Below, in pieces: positions 1 through 6,646 of a stretch of 20,000 nt of DNA. The notes beneath the pieces were generated by a model, which saw only the letters and a program-made list of their open reading frames with translations, had not been told where the DNA came from and did not search any database. Position numbers and translations under genes: made by a program. Positions within the stretch are counted from its first letter, which is position 1. Each line of letters begins with the position of its first letter. The DNA is taken from the IMG/VR virus record IMGVR_UViG_3300011334_000503; one strand, written 5' to 3'. Origin of the DNA: an uncultured virus (IMG/VR IMGVR_UViG_3300011334_000503). Taxonomy: Duplodnaviria; Heunggongvirae; Uroviricota; Caudoviricetes.

Positions 1-375
1 GTTGGAGATACAGGTTGCGGAACTTTTACGCTTCTAAAAAAGTATGATACAGAATATGTAAAACACACTGCCGCGATAGATACAGAAAAAGATTACATAT
101 TCACAGATAACAATAGACAATTTCCCTATTTAGAAAAGTATAGGTGTCAATTTATACATAATTGCTTTATACACTACTATCGAGGATCTAACTGGTCAGA
201 ATCCGATCCTAATTACCATGAAGAGAAAATGAATTTTTTATTATCCTTTTTAAATGATAAAAATAGTTATGGAATAAATTTAGACAGTAATGTATGCTAT
301 GGTACCGCGCATTCTGATAAAGGATATAATGGAGTAGATCATAACTATAGAAATTATAAATTTGTAACAAAGTAG
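1..375 (+). CDS. Partial (5'-truncated) ORF, possibly the C-terminus of a phage glycosyltransferase-like protein
   Basis: Frame 1 is open from base 1 to TAG at 373-375 (VGDTGCGTF...FIHYYRGSNW...). The GDTG and HYxxGSNW motifs recall phage glycosyltransferase-like proteins, but the function is a weak inference. Confidence 0.6.
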   Translation, partial: VGDTGCGTFTLLKKYDTEYVKHTAAIDTEKDYIFTDNNRQFPYLEKYRCQFIHNCFIHYYRGSNWSESDPNYHEEKMNFLLSFLNDKNSYGINLDSNVCYGTAHSDKGYNGVDHNYRNYKFVTK

Positions 376-388
376 TATTTATTAGTAC

Positions 389-691
389 ATGCCAATAGCT
401 TATTCCCCATACACGATGTCATTTCAAGCTCAGACTACAATATACCAAAACGAGGTTCGGTGTCATGTAAATGAGAACGATTTTAATTATACTCAGAATC
501 CAAGCGCAACTATTTCTGGATCCTTTGGACAATACGAAAACGGTATCACAGGATCAGACTTTAAGCCTTATGCGACTACAGTTGGATTGTACAACGATAA
601 AAACGAATTGATAGTAGTAGGAAAACTTTCTACACCTTACCCAATTCCTTCAAACACAGACATCACATTTGTTATTAAGTGGGATAGCTAA
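389..691 (+). CDS. Putative virion structural protein (baseplate or tail-collar-like beta domain)
   Basis: 100 aa. The C-terminal PYATTVGLYNDKNELIVVGKLSTP...FVIKWD resembles the 'VGLYND..EL.AV.KL..P' motif of large-phage structural proteins. Preceded by TATTTATT. Confidence 0.55.
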   Translation: MPIAYSPYTMSFQAQTTIYQNEVRCHVNENDFNYTQNPSATISGSFGQYENGITGSDFKPYATTVGLYNDKNELIVVGKLSTPYPIPSNTDITFVIKWDS

Positions 692-712
692 TATTTATAC
701 CAAATAGGTTTA

Positions 713-1192
713 ATGAATTGGTTATACGAAAATAAAGAAATGAAACAGTTATCGGATTTCCCAGAAAACTGTGTTGGTTTTGTCTACGTTATTAAGAACA
801 AAGAGAACGGTAGGATCTACGTAGGTAAAAAGATTCTACACAATAACCTCACAAAGAAACTTACTAAAAAAGAGATAGAAGCTTGGATAAAACCTGGTAG
901 AGTACCAAAGAAAAGAAAAGAAGTAAAGGAAAGCAATTGGCAATCCTACTACGGAAGTTCCAAGACCCTGCTCGAAGACATTACCAAACTTGGTAAAGAG
1001 GGATTCGAAAGACAAGTACTAAGACCTTGCTATACCAAAAAAGAGTTAAGCTACTACGAAGTTTATTATCAAATAAAGATGGAAGTTTTACACATAGATT
1101 CTTATAATGAGAATATAGGCGGTAAGTTCTTCCGTAAGGATACAGGCCAGATCCTAGAACAGTCCCAAGATAATTCCGGGACTGCTGGATAG
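713..1192 (+). CDS. GIY-YIG family endonuclease (T4-like Seg / free-standing type)
   Basis: GFVY-x9-IYVGKK (GIY-YIG hairpin), YYGSS, F.R.VL, conserved helix Glu (YYEVYYQ) and YNENI Asn. Confidence 0.8.
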   Translation: MNWLYENKEMKQLSDFPENCVGFVYVIKNKENGRIYVGKKILHNNLTKKLTKKEIEAWIKPGRVPKKRKEVKESNWQSYYGSSKTLLEDITKLGKEGFERQVLRPCYTKKELSYYEVYYQIKMEVLHIDSYNENIGGKFFRKDTGQILEQSQDNSGTAG

Positions 1193-1210
1193 ATCAAAAT
1201 CTATAGGACA

Positions 1211-2203
1211 TTAATACATTAACTCCCTCTGAACTATCTTGTCCAAGAAGTCAGGATGATTACTAAGATTAAATTTAGAATCAAATATCCAAGTATAAGG
1301 GATGTTTTTAGTGGGTCTTTTTTCTCCATGCGATATTGCGATGTGTTTCCAAAAGAAACAGGTTTTATCTTCTACGTTCAAGTACTTCTGACTTGTCATC
1401 GGATTAGAAGGGTGATTAACTAGGGTGGCCATCTGATCTAGCCACATATCTGCTTGTTTGTTTTCAGGTATAAAGTCTCCGCTCTCGTTAATAGTGTACT
1501 TCACCTTACCGTTTAGGTTCTGTCCTCCAAACACTTGATGCAGACCATCGAAGTGACCAGTGCCACCAAAAAGAATAGACTCTGGATTAACTAAGTGAGG
1601 ATAACTCATTGCGATGTATCTTGCAGTATTTTTGCAAGGATACAGCGGACTTCTAAAGTTTTGGTGTTCCTTAAAGTACTTCTCAAGAATCTTTGCAAAT
1701 CCCATCATTGAGTAAGGAGTGCCTCTCTTTTCGGCTTCGTCAAGAACGTACGCAAGATCCTTAGCAGCTTTTCTTGGTCCTTCTAAAAGCCAATCCTTAA
1801 CGTTAGTTCCCTTAGGATAATATATCTGAAACAGATCGTTTCTAGCGTGTCTGTTCTCAACAAAGAATTCCCTTGTCGCGTCCTTACCCTCTGTCATTAA
1901 TTTTGTTAGAGTTCCCCAATGTTCGTTAGAGAAAGAGAAAACAAGGGTATAGTACATCCTTAGTTCGTTATCTGTAACAGATTGCATAAGATCACAGTAA
2001 GGATGCTCGTGCCAGTGAAGGCGATGAGAGAATATCTGATACTCGTCCTTCAATAGATCGTCTTGCCTATCGTCGAACTTCTTACAGAACTCAAAGAACT
2101 TATCGATCCTTTGATCTAGAGTCCAATCCCTCATCCAAGAGTCTTTTGGTTTTTTACCTTTGAATTCTACTTCGCACGTATTTGTGTAAACTATTTGGCT
2201 CAT
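1211..2203 (-). CDS. Amino-acid:DNA transferase / alpha-glutamyl-putrescinyl thymine pyrophosphorylase (aGPT-PPlase)-like protein, paralog 2
   Basis: 330 aa helical protein with 'ARYIAMSYPHLVNPESILFGGTG' and 'NVEDKTCFFWKH', matching the E-x-x-x-C-x-(F/Y)-x-K C-terminal motif of AADT/aGPT-PPlase1 HhH-fold enzymes. Its ATG overlaps the stop of the upstream paralog. Confidence 0.55.
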   Translation of the reverse strand: MSQIVYTNTCEVEFKGKKPKDSWMRDWTLDQRIDKFFEFCKKFDDRQDDLLKDEYQIFSHRLHWHEHPYCDLMQSVTDNELRMYYTLVFSFSNEHWGTLTKLMTEGKDATREFFVENRHARNDLFQIYYPKGTNVKDWLLEGPRKAAKDLAYVLDEAEKRGTPYSMMGFAKILEKYFKEHQNFRSPLYPCKNTARYIAMSYPHLVNPESILFGGTGHFDGLHQVFGGQNLNGKVKYTINESGDFIPENKQADMWLDQMATLVNHPSNPMTSQKYLNVEDKTCFFWKHIAISHGEKRPTKNIPYTWIFDSKFNLSNHPDFLDKIVQRELMY

Positions 2204-3375
2204 AATGTGTAAAGTGCTTTTACTTTTTCTTTGTATTGTTGTTCTGTCATGTTAACAGCTTTGATAATTTTATCATCTGATGGGTGATCCTTAATTCCGT
2301 TAAAAGAAGGAATTAGATTAAGATCAAGCATTGCCTTCTGACGACCGTATGGATGATCCTTTATTGTAGAACTGTTCCACACGTGGTCGAAATCAAGGTG
2401 ATCGTAATCAGAACCAGGTTTTACGTAGTTCTCAATCCACCTAATGAAGTCACATGCAACGTCCTCCATGTTGTACGGGACTTCGCCAGTGTCTTCGTAT
2501 ACTTTTTGCATAACAGAATCTAAGAAAGTGATTTCATCCATCTTGATAGACTTCTTAGCTAAGTAACTGATACACTCTTTGGCGTTGGTACCGTAATAGA
2601 ATACCGACTCTCGGTTTACAAAATCAGGGAACCAGTCAGCGACATCAGCAATGAATGCTGCGTACTGAAACTTGTAAGCTCTAAGACCGTTATCCTTGTT
2701 CCAAGCAAACATGAAGTCACCGATTTCCCTAAGATTCTTTTTAGGTCCTGTCTCTAAGAATGTGGCTACTGCTTCAGATAGTTGTGGTAAGAATTCACAC
2801 ATAAAATAATCTCCACCTCTCTTGTACTTGCCTTGTGGTTTTGGAAAGCTAGGAAACTGGTATCCTACTGATGTGTAGAAAGGTCGCCAAGCCCCTTTGA
2901 TGATATCAACCATCTGTGGAATGTTATCTGCCTGATGCATCTCAAACAAAAGTGTGTTGTGATAACCAGAAGGCTTCTTAGCGTAGTTAATACCTGATCC
3001 TGTAAGACGGTGAAACAAAAGTAGATAGATCCACTCTTTAAGACCAAACACTTGCTGCTTACCAGTCCAGTTCTTCGCTACAGTTTCTCTCTGTTTAAAA
3101 CAGAGTCCCTGCTCCATCTTTTTCCAATAAGGATGATCTTCTGTCCATCCGTAAAACACGTCGTTAACGATCTGAGAGAATCCAGCATACTTGCGTTCTA
3201 CTACATCGTAGAGTTCAACGTGAAGCATAAGATCATCTTCGATGCCGCATGTAGCGTGCTTTTCTATTCCTAGATTACAAAGTTCTTGTTGCTTTTTTGC
3301 TAGAGTGTAATAGTAAATAAACTCTTCGTAATACCTTGTGGGTTGTATCCACTTTGACGATGGTGTAGTACTCAT
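2200..3375 (-). CDS. Amino-acid:DNA transferase / aGPT-PPlase-like protein, paralog 1
   Basis: 391 aa with 'LYDVVERKY', 'LLFHRLTGS', 'FQYAAFIADVADWFPDFVNRESVFYYGTNA' and 'NMEDVACDFIRW', consistent with the aGPT-PPlase1/AADT motif order. Confidence 0.6.
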   Translation of the reverse strand: MSTTPSSKWIQPTRYYEEFIYYYTLAKKQQELCNLGIEKHATCGIEDDLMLHVELYDVVERKYAGFSQIVNDVFYGWTEDHPYWKKMEQGLCFKQRETVAKNWTGKQQVFGLKEWIYLLLFHRLTGSGINYAKKPSGYHNTLLFEMHQADNIPQMVDIIKGAWRPFYTSVGYQFPSFPKPQGKYKRGGDYFMCEFLPQLSEAVATFLETGPKKNLREIGDFMFAWNKDNGLRAYKFQYAAFIADVADWFPDFVNRESVFYYGTNAKECISYLAKKSIKMDEITFLDSVMQKVYEDTGEVPYNMEDVACDFIRWIENYVKPGSDYDHLDFDHVWNSSTIKDHPYGRQKAMLDLNLIPSFNGIKDHPSDDKIIKAVNMTEQQYKEKVKALYTL

Positions 3376-3382
3376 TAAAAAC

Positions 3383-4183
3383 TTAATTGTGTGATTGTTG
3401 ACTAATATAAATATCGTTAGCTGATAAATTTCTTGCTTTTATTCGATCGAATACAGCGCTAACCTGCTGAGTATAGAAGTTCTCGTCTGATACTAGCGGA
3501 GCCTCTTCGTTAACCCATTCTTCCTTAGCGTGACCGAATCCCATGATCTTGATGTACCTGTGGCCTCTCTGATTCGAAGCGATAGACTTTACTTTCTCCG
3601 TAGCTTCCAACTGAGTCCTTGCCATAACGCAACAAGCGTAATCCCTACACACGTTCCAATTGTTAATGATAAGCCTTTCATCTTCGTAGTGTAGGTAGTA
3701 TACGAGCATTGGTACGTATTCGCTAGACTCTCTCTTTTCCCTTTCCATTTCGGCTCTTGCCCAATCAACGTACCAGTTAAGAACGTGGTCATCTACTTGG
3801 GTATCGTACTGAAACAATTGAAAGACTTTCCAAGAATCTAGCGCGTACTTACCCACGCCGTACATTTTTTCTAATTCAAATAATGGAATCTCAGCAGAAT
3901 CGTACTTTCTAACTAGCTCTATCCACTGCATAGAGAACGTCTTCCACGCTTTGGCCCGTTTGTTATAGAATCCTAAGATCTTGATCATCTTAGCGATCTC
4001 TGAGTCCTCTGCTAACACTAGCTTTTCTGGAGTTGGGAACCTCTCAAAGAATTCGTGACGAATCTGGTCTACTTGTTTGTGACTTGTTTGATTGAGCATG
4101 AAGCATACCATTAACATTTTCCATGGGTCTTCGCGATACTCTTCTTGACGTGTCTCGTAGGGAGAGGTTGGTAGTTTGTACAT
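3383..4183 (-). CDS. MBD4-like HhH-GPD DNA glycosylase with a C-terminal extension of unknown function
   Basis: SPY..QE....DPWKMLMVCFMLNQT, FFERFPTPE, LGFYNKRAK, HhH GVGKYALDSWKVF and catalytic D in 'VDDHVLNWYVDW' closely follow the MBD4 glycosylase domain. Confidence 0.85.
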   Translation of the reverse strand: MYKLPTSPYETRQEEYREDPWKMLMVCFMLNQTSHKQVDQIRHEFFERFPTPEKLVLAEDSEIAKMIKILGFYNKRAKAWKTFSMQWIELVRKYDSAEIPLFELEKMYGVGKYALDSWKVFQLFQYDTQVDDHVLNWYVDWARAEMEREKRESSEYVPMLVYYLHYEDERLIINNWNVCRDYACCVMARTQLEATEKVKSIASNQRGHRYIKIMGFGHAKEEWVNEEAPLVSDENFYTQQVSAVFDRIKARNLSANDIYISQQSHN

Positions 4184-4242
4184 AACTTTGATTTAAGTAA
4201 ATGTACTAATAAAGATCGAAATAAAAAAAATTAAATTAGCAG

Positions 4243-4884
4243 TTAACCTACTCTATTAACGGTAACTATTAAAGATGGAACTTCTGGACCTCCTCCAAGA
4301 CCTGCGGAAGCTGATACAAATGCGTTATTAGAAGCTCCGACCACTGACCACATTATTTGATAGTAGTCGTTAGGAGCAGCTGACACAAACCAGTTCCATG
4401 CAGGTGTAGCCACATCGTTGGATCCTCCTGCTAAGGTAACACCTGTGTTAGACCAAGGAACATCGATATTATTTTTCCTGATCCAAATGTAAACGTTTGA
4501 TGTAGTTCCAGTAGACTTAGCTAGCTGAGCTGAGAATTGAATATCGTAAAACCCTCCGCTAGCGAATTTGATTTTATCAAACGTAGATCCAGAAATAGAG
4601 ATCCCAGAAGAGAAGTCAGTTGTGTTAAGGGACATCGTAGCTGGAGTAGATAAAGCGCCTGCTATAATATTCTGAGTGTGATAGAAAGATCCGTAATAAG
4701 AGGTCGGAGCAAAAGATCCGGTCTGACTAGGTAGTATCACCGAAGAGGATATCTGATTGAATACGGTAGATCCCAGGTTTTGGACTGTGGTTTTTTTCGT
4801 AACTCCTCCGTTAACTATTGGAAAAACGTCAGCGGCTAAAGGGATTGCAAGTGCTGGCAGTCCTGATATCGGTAAATCTGGCAT
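4243..4884 (-). CDS. Putative virion fibre or appendage protein with a C1q/BclA-like beta-sandwich C-terminus
   Basis: N-terminal 'MPDLPISGLP...FPIVNGGVTKK' is a typical fibre start. Ser/Gly/Thr-rich; 'GGFYDIQFSAQL...VYIWIRKN...NDYYQIMW' is a C1q/TNF-like pattern. Confidence 0.6.
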   Translation of the reverse strand: MPDLPISGLPALAIPLAADVFPIVNGGVTKKTTVQNLGSTVFNQISSSVILPSQTGSFAPTSYYGSFYHTQNIIAGALSTPATMSLNTTDFSSGISISGSTFDKIKFASGGFYDIQFSAQLAKSTGTTSNVYIWIRKNNIDVPWSNTGVTLAGGSNDVATPAWNWFVSAAPNDYYQIMWSVVGASNNAFVSASAGLGGGPEVPSLIVTVNRVG

Positions 4885-4888
4885 AGGT

Positions 4889-5155
4889 TTAAATTTCTAC
4901 TGTTACGTATATTCTTGATCCGTCTTCTTGTAAAACGTAAAATAAGTTTTCTTGTTGTAGGAATCCCTCGTTTACTATTTCTTTCGCTCTTACGTTTCCT
5001 CCACCACCTCTAGCGCAATTAACATTCTGCACCATCCACTCGTTCATTTCGCACACATAATAGTTATAACGCCTAGTCTGCTCAGTAAGCGACATTATTT
5101 TTATGTGAGGAAGAGAGATATACTCTTTCCAACTGTATACGTAAGGCATTTCCAT
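4889..5155 (-). CDS. Hypothetical protein (88 aa), probably virion-associated
   Basis: The track ORF 4889..5359 runs through tRNA-Leu, so the likely start is the ATG at 5155 (MEMPYVYSWKEY), just downstream of CATATTTATA. It ends in 'FLQQENLFYVLQEDGSRI', a motif common in phage structural proteins. Confidence 0.6.
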   Translation of the reverse strand: MEMPYVYSWKEYISLPHIKIMSLTEQTRRYNYYVCEMNEWMVQNVNCARGGGGNVRAKEIVNEGFLQQENLFYVLQEDGSRIYVTVEI

Positions 5156-5184
5156 ACTGCTATAAATATGTGAAAATGTAATTG

Positions 5185-5269
5185 TGCCCCAGACGGGAAT
5201 CGAACCCGTACTCGCTTTCAGCGAACAAGATTTTAAGTCTTGCGTGTCTACCGGTTCCACCACCGGGGC
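5185..5269 (-). tRNA. tRNA-Leu(TAA)
   Basis: GCCCCGG/CTGGGGC acceptor stem, A73; D arm GGTGGAACCGGTAGACAC; anticodon arm CAAGA-CTTAAAA-TCTTG; long variable arm; T arm ACGGG-TTCGATT-CCCGT. No encoded CCA. Confidence 0.95.
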
Positions 5270-5388
5270 TGGTCGGGTCTCTCCCCGTGTGTCACTTGCT
5301 GAGATCATTACCGGCGGCCGCACTGTACATAACCTAGACAAGTTGTACAGATTCTCCATTTAGGGCTCTCTTTAAGTTACTTTCCCCT
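5270..5388 (-). ncRNA. Unassigned structured spacer RNA in the tRNA cluster
   Basis: Hairpins CTGTACA/TGTACAG and CGGG-GAGAGA-CCCG. Ends ...CGACCA immediately abutting the 5' G of tRNA-Leu(TAA). Confidence 0.35.
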
Positions 5389-5390
5389 CG

Positions 5391-5472
5391 TAGTCAGAGT
5401 AGGATTCGAACCTACAACGCACAACCATTCTTCAGGATGAGATGCCGTTTTCCCATTACGTGCTACCTGACT
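5391..5472 (-). ncRNA. tRNA-like element 1 (no canonical anticodon arm)
   Basis: Acceptor AGTCAGG/TCTGACT-A and T arm GTAGG-TTCGAAT-CCTAC. The central region does not form a 5-bp/7-nt anticodon stem-loop. Confidence 0.7.
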
Positions 5473-5529
5473 ATAAGAGTGCAGTGAGATCTAGATTCTC
5501 TGCGGCTACTGCACATTTTATCCGCTTTG

Positions 5530-5595
5530 TAGTCAGGGTGGGATTCGAACCCACAACGGAAACTATCGCAACCGCTTTTCTTAAGCTACCCGACT
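5530..5595 (-). ncRNA. tRNA-like element 2 (66 nt, minimal, anticodon arm degenerate)
   Basis: Acceptor AGTCGGG/CCTGACT-A, D arm GCTT-AAGAA-AAGC and T arm GTGGG-TTCGAAT-CCCAC. Only 19 nt lie between the D and T arms. Confidence 0.7.
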
Positions 5596-5596
5596 A

Positions 5597-5890
5597 TTTA
5601 GGAAAGCAGAAGATGGGTGCGTAGACATCTGCTTTTACGATTGGCGTTACTTCGGTTTCTACACCTCCTCGCTTACATTCCAACTTTTTAATGAAGGTGT
5701 AAGGTTTCCCAATCAACCTAATTTGCAATCCTATTCCCCAGTGGAATTGCTTTACACTGCTGACTAACGATTCAGAGGAGTAGTGTGCTTCGTAATCCTT
5801 TTCGATACTATCTCAAGGCAATTAGAGAGGCATTCCTGAGTTTTCGATCCCGTGGCCTGCGGGCTAGTTTCGTAGACTCACTGTGTTCAG
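5597..5890 (-). ncRNA. Unassigned multi-stem structured RNA(s)
   Basis: No credible ORF. Nested helices TTAGG/CCTAA, GATTGG/CCAATC, TACACCTTC/GGAGGTGTA and AAGCAGA/TCTGCTT, plus GCAATTC/GGATTGC and TGAGT/ACTCA (the last enclosing CTA/TAG and CCCG/CGGG hairpins). Confidence 0.5.
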
Positions 5891-5891
5891 G

Positions 5892-6048
5892 CTGTCAGGG
5901 AAGGATTCGAACCTTCATGCTGTGATTCGGTAGTGGACAAAATAGCCGGCTTTGTGGTCAACCCATATCCCGTCTACCTTTTTCAGATTCAGCGCCCTCG
6001 AGACAAGAGGGTGTGTATGCCGTTGCGTACGCTTTTCACCACCTGACA
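5892..6048 (-). ncRNA. tRNA-like element 3 (157 nt; GTC at the anticodon position, giant variable arm)
   Basis: Acceptor TGTCAGG/CCTGACA-G; D stem GTG/CAC with an enlarged loop; CCCTC-TTGTCTC-GAGGG stem-loop; a variable region of about 75 nt closed by GCTG/CAGC; T arm GAAGG-TTCGAAT-CCTTC. Confidence 0.7.
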
Positions 6049-6053
6049 ATTTG

Positions 6054-6135
6054 TGCCCCATATCGGACTCGAACCGATACACCGTAAGGAACTAGATCCT
6101 AAGTCTAGCGCGTCTACCAATTTCGCCAACGGGGC
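6054..6135 (-). tRNA. tRNA-Leu(TAG)
   Basis: GCCCCGT/ATGGGGC-A acceptor; GGCGAAATTGGTAGACGC D arm; CTAGA-CTTAGGA-TCTAG anticodon arm; T arm ATCGG-TTCGAGT-CCGAT. Confidence 0.95.
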
Positions 6136-6143
6136 ATTCTCTG

Positions 6144-6217
6144 TGGACCTTGTAGGACTTGAACCTACGACCCCCTGATTATGAGTCAGATGCTCTAACC
6201 AACTGAGCTAAAAGTCC
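6144..6217 (-). tRNA. tRNA-CAT, most likely Ile2 (lysidine-modified), alternatively elongator Met
   Basis: GGACTTT/AGGTCC-type acceptor with A73; GCTCAGTTGGTTAGAGC; CTGA-CTCATAA-TCAG; GTAGG-TTCAAGT-CCTAC. G1-C72 is paired and there are no triple G-C pairs in the anticodon stem, so it is not fMet. The overall sequence resembles bacterial tRNA-Ile2. Confidence 0.9.
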
Positions 6218-6235
6218 GTTATCTGTTAGATAGGA

Positions 6236-6249
6236 TGTAAATATACGAC
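6236..6249 (-). promoter_or_regulatory. Putative promoter of the tRNA/ncRNA cluster (GTCGTATATTTACA)
   Basis: The same GTCGTATATTTACAT occurs at 11551-11565 upstream of another gene. It resembles the Bacteroidota -7 TAnnTTTG box and lies about 18 nt upstream of the first tRNA, just after a terminator. Confidence 0.65.
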
Positions 6250-6261
6250 AATAATATCAAT

Positions 6262-6300
6262 AAAAAACCCCTAACTTTTCAGTAGGGGCTTTTCTTTTTT
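6262..6300 (-). terminator. Rho-independent terminator (probably bidirectional)
   Basis: AGCCCCTA-loop-TAGGGGTT followed by a T run on the - strand, with a T run on the + strand too. Directly downstream of the 6316 stop. Confidence 0.8.
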
Positions 6301-6315
6301 ATCTTTACGTTCTTA

Positions 6316-6636
6316 CTATTTGAAGAACTCGGCCAACTTAACTCTTAACTCCTGAACGTCGTCATCGTCTAGTCCTGTCTTTTTAATAAGATTCCTCATG
6401 TGATCCATCATTACGTTGAATACTTCGTCAACTTTACCGCTGCCTTCCATTAGTTCTTCATCTGGACCCAAAGGATCGTTCTCTCCGTCCTGAGGATTAA
6501 GATCAAAATCTTCTGCGCTTTGGTAATCGTAATCGTCATCCTCAAGCATCTTTTCTGGTTGGGTATAGTTACCATAACCACTAGTTTCTTTTAGAAGAGG
6601 ATTATTCTTGAGGTATTTATTGAAATTAAATTCCAT
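6316..6636 (-). CDS. Acidic hypothetical protein, candidate internal head protein
   Basis: Likely start at 6636 (MEFNFNKYLKNNPLLKE), after AAAACT and the upstream stop. Very Asp/Glu-rich; N-terminus resembles that of the neighbouring gene. Confidence 0.7.
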   Translation of the reverse strand: MEFNFNKYLKNNPLLKETSGYGNYTQPEKMLEDDDYDYQSAEDFDLNPQDGENDPLGPDEELMEGSGKVDEVFNVMMDHMRNLIKKTGLDDDDVQELRVKLAEFFK

Positions 6637-6646
6637 AGTTTTTGTT

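Noticed and set aside
2865..3792. Nested ORFs 2865..3047, 3052..3273 and 3589..3792
   Set aside because: They lie inside long, motif-bearing genes in other frames.
5156..5359. N-terminal extension of track ORF 4889..5359
   Set aside because: It runs through tRNA-Leu(TAA). The ATG at 5155 with an upstream promoter-like motif is the plausible start.
5442..5624. 60-aa + strand ORF in the RNA cluster
   Set aside because: It is antisense to tRNA-like elements; 'VRVGFEPT' is the classic shadow translation of a T-arm.
5270..5890. tmRNA, RNase P RNA, hammerhead, twister or canonical HDV/theta ribozyme
   Set aside because: Diagnostic motifs were not found by eye: no GGGG..tag ORF..TCCACCA layout, no GAGGAAAGTCC, no CTGANGA/GAAA core and no P3/L3.
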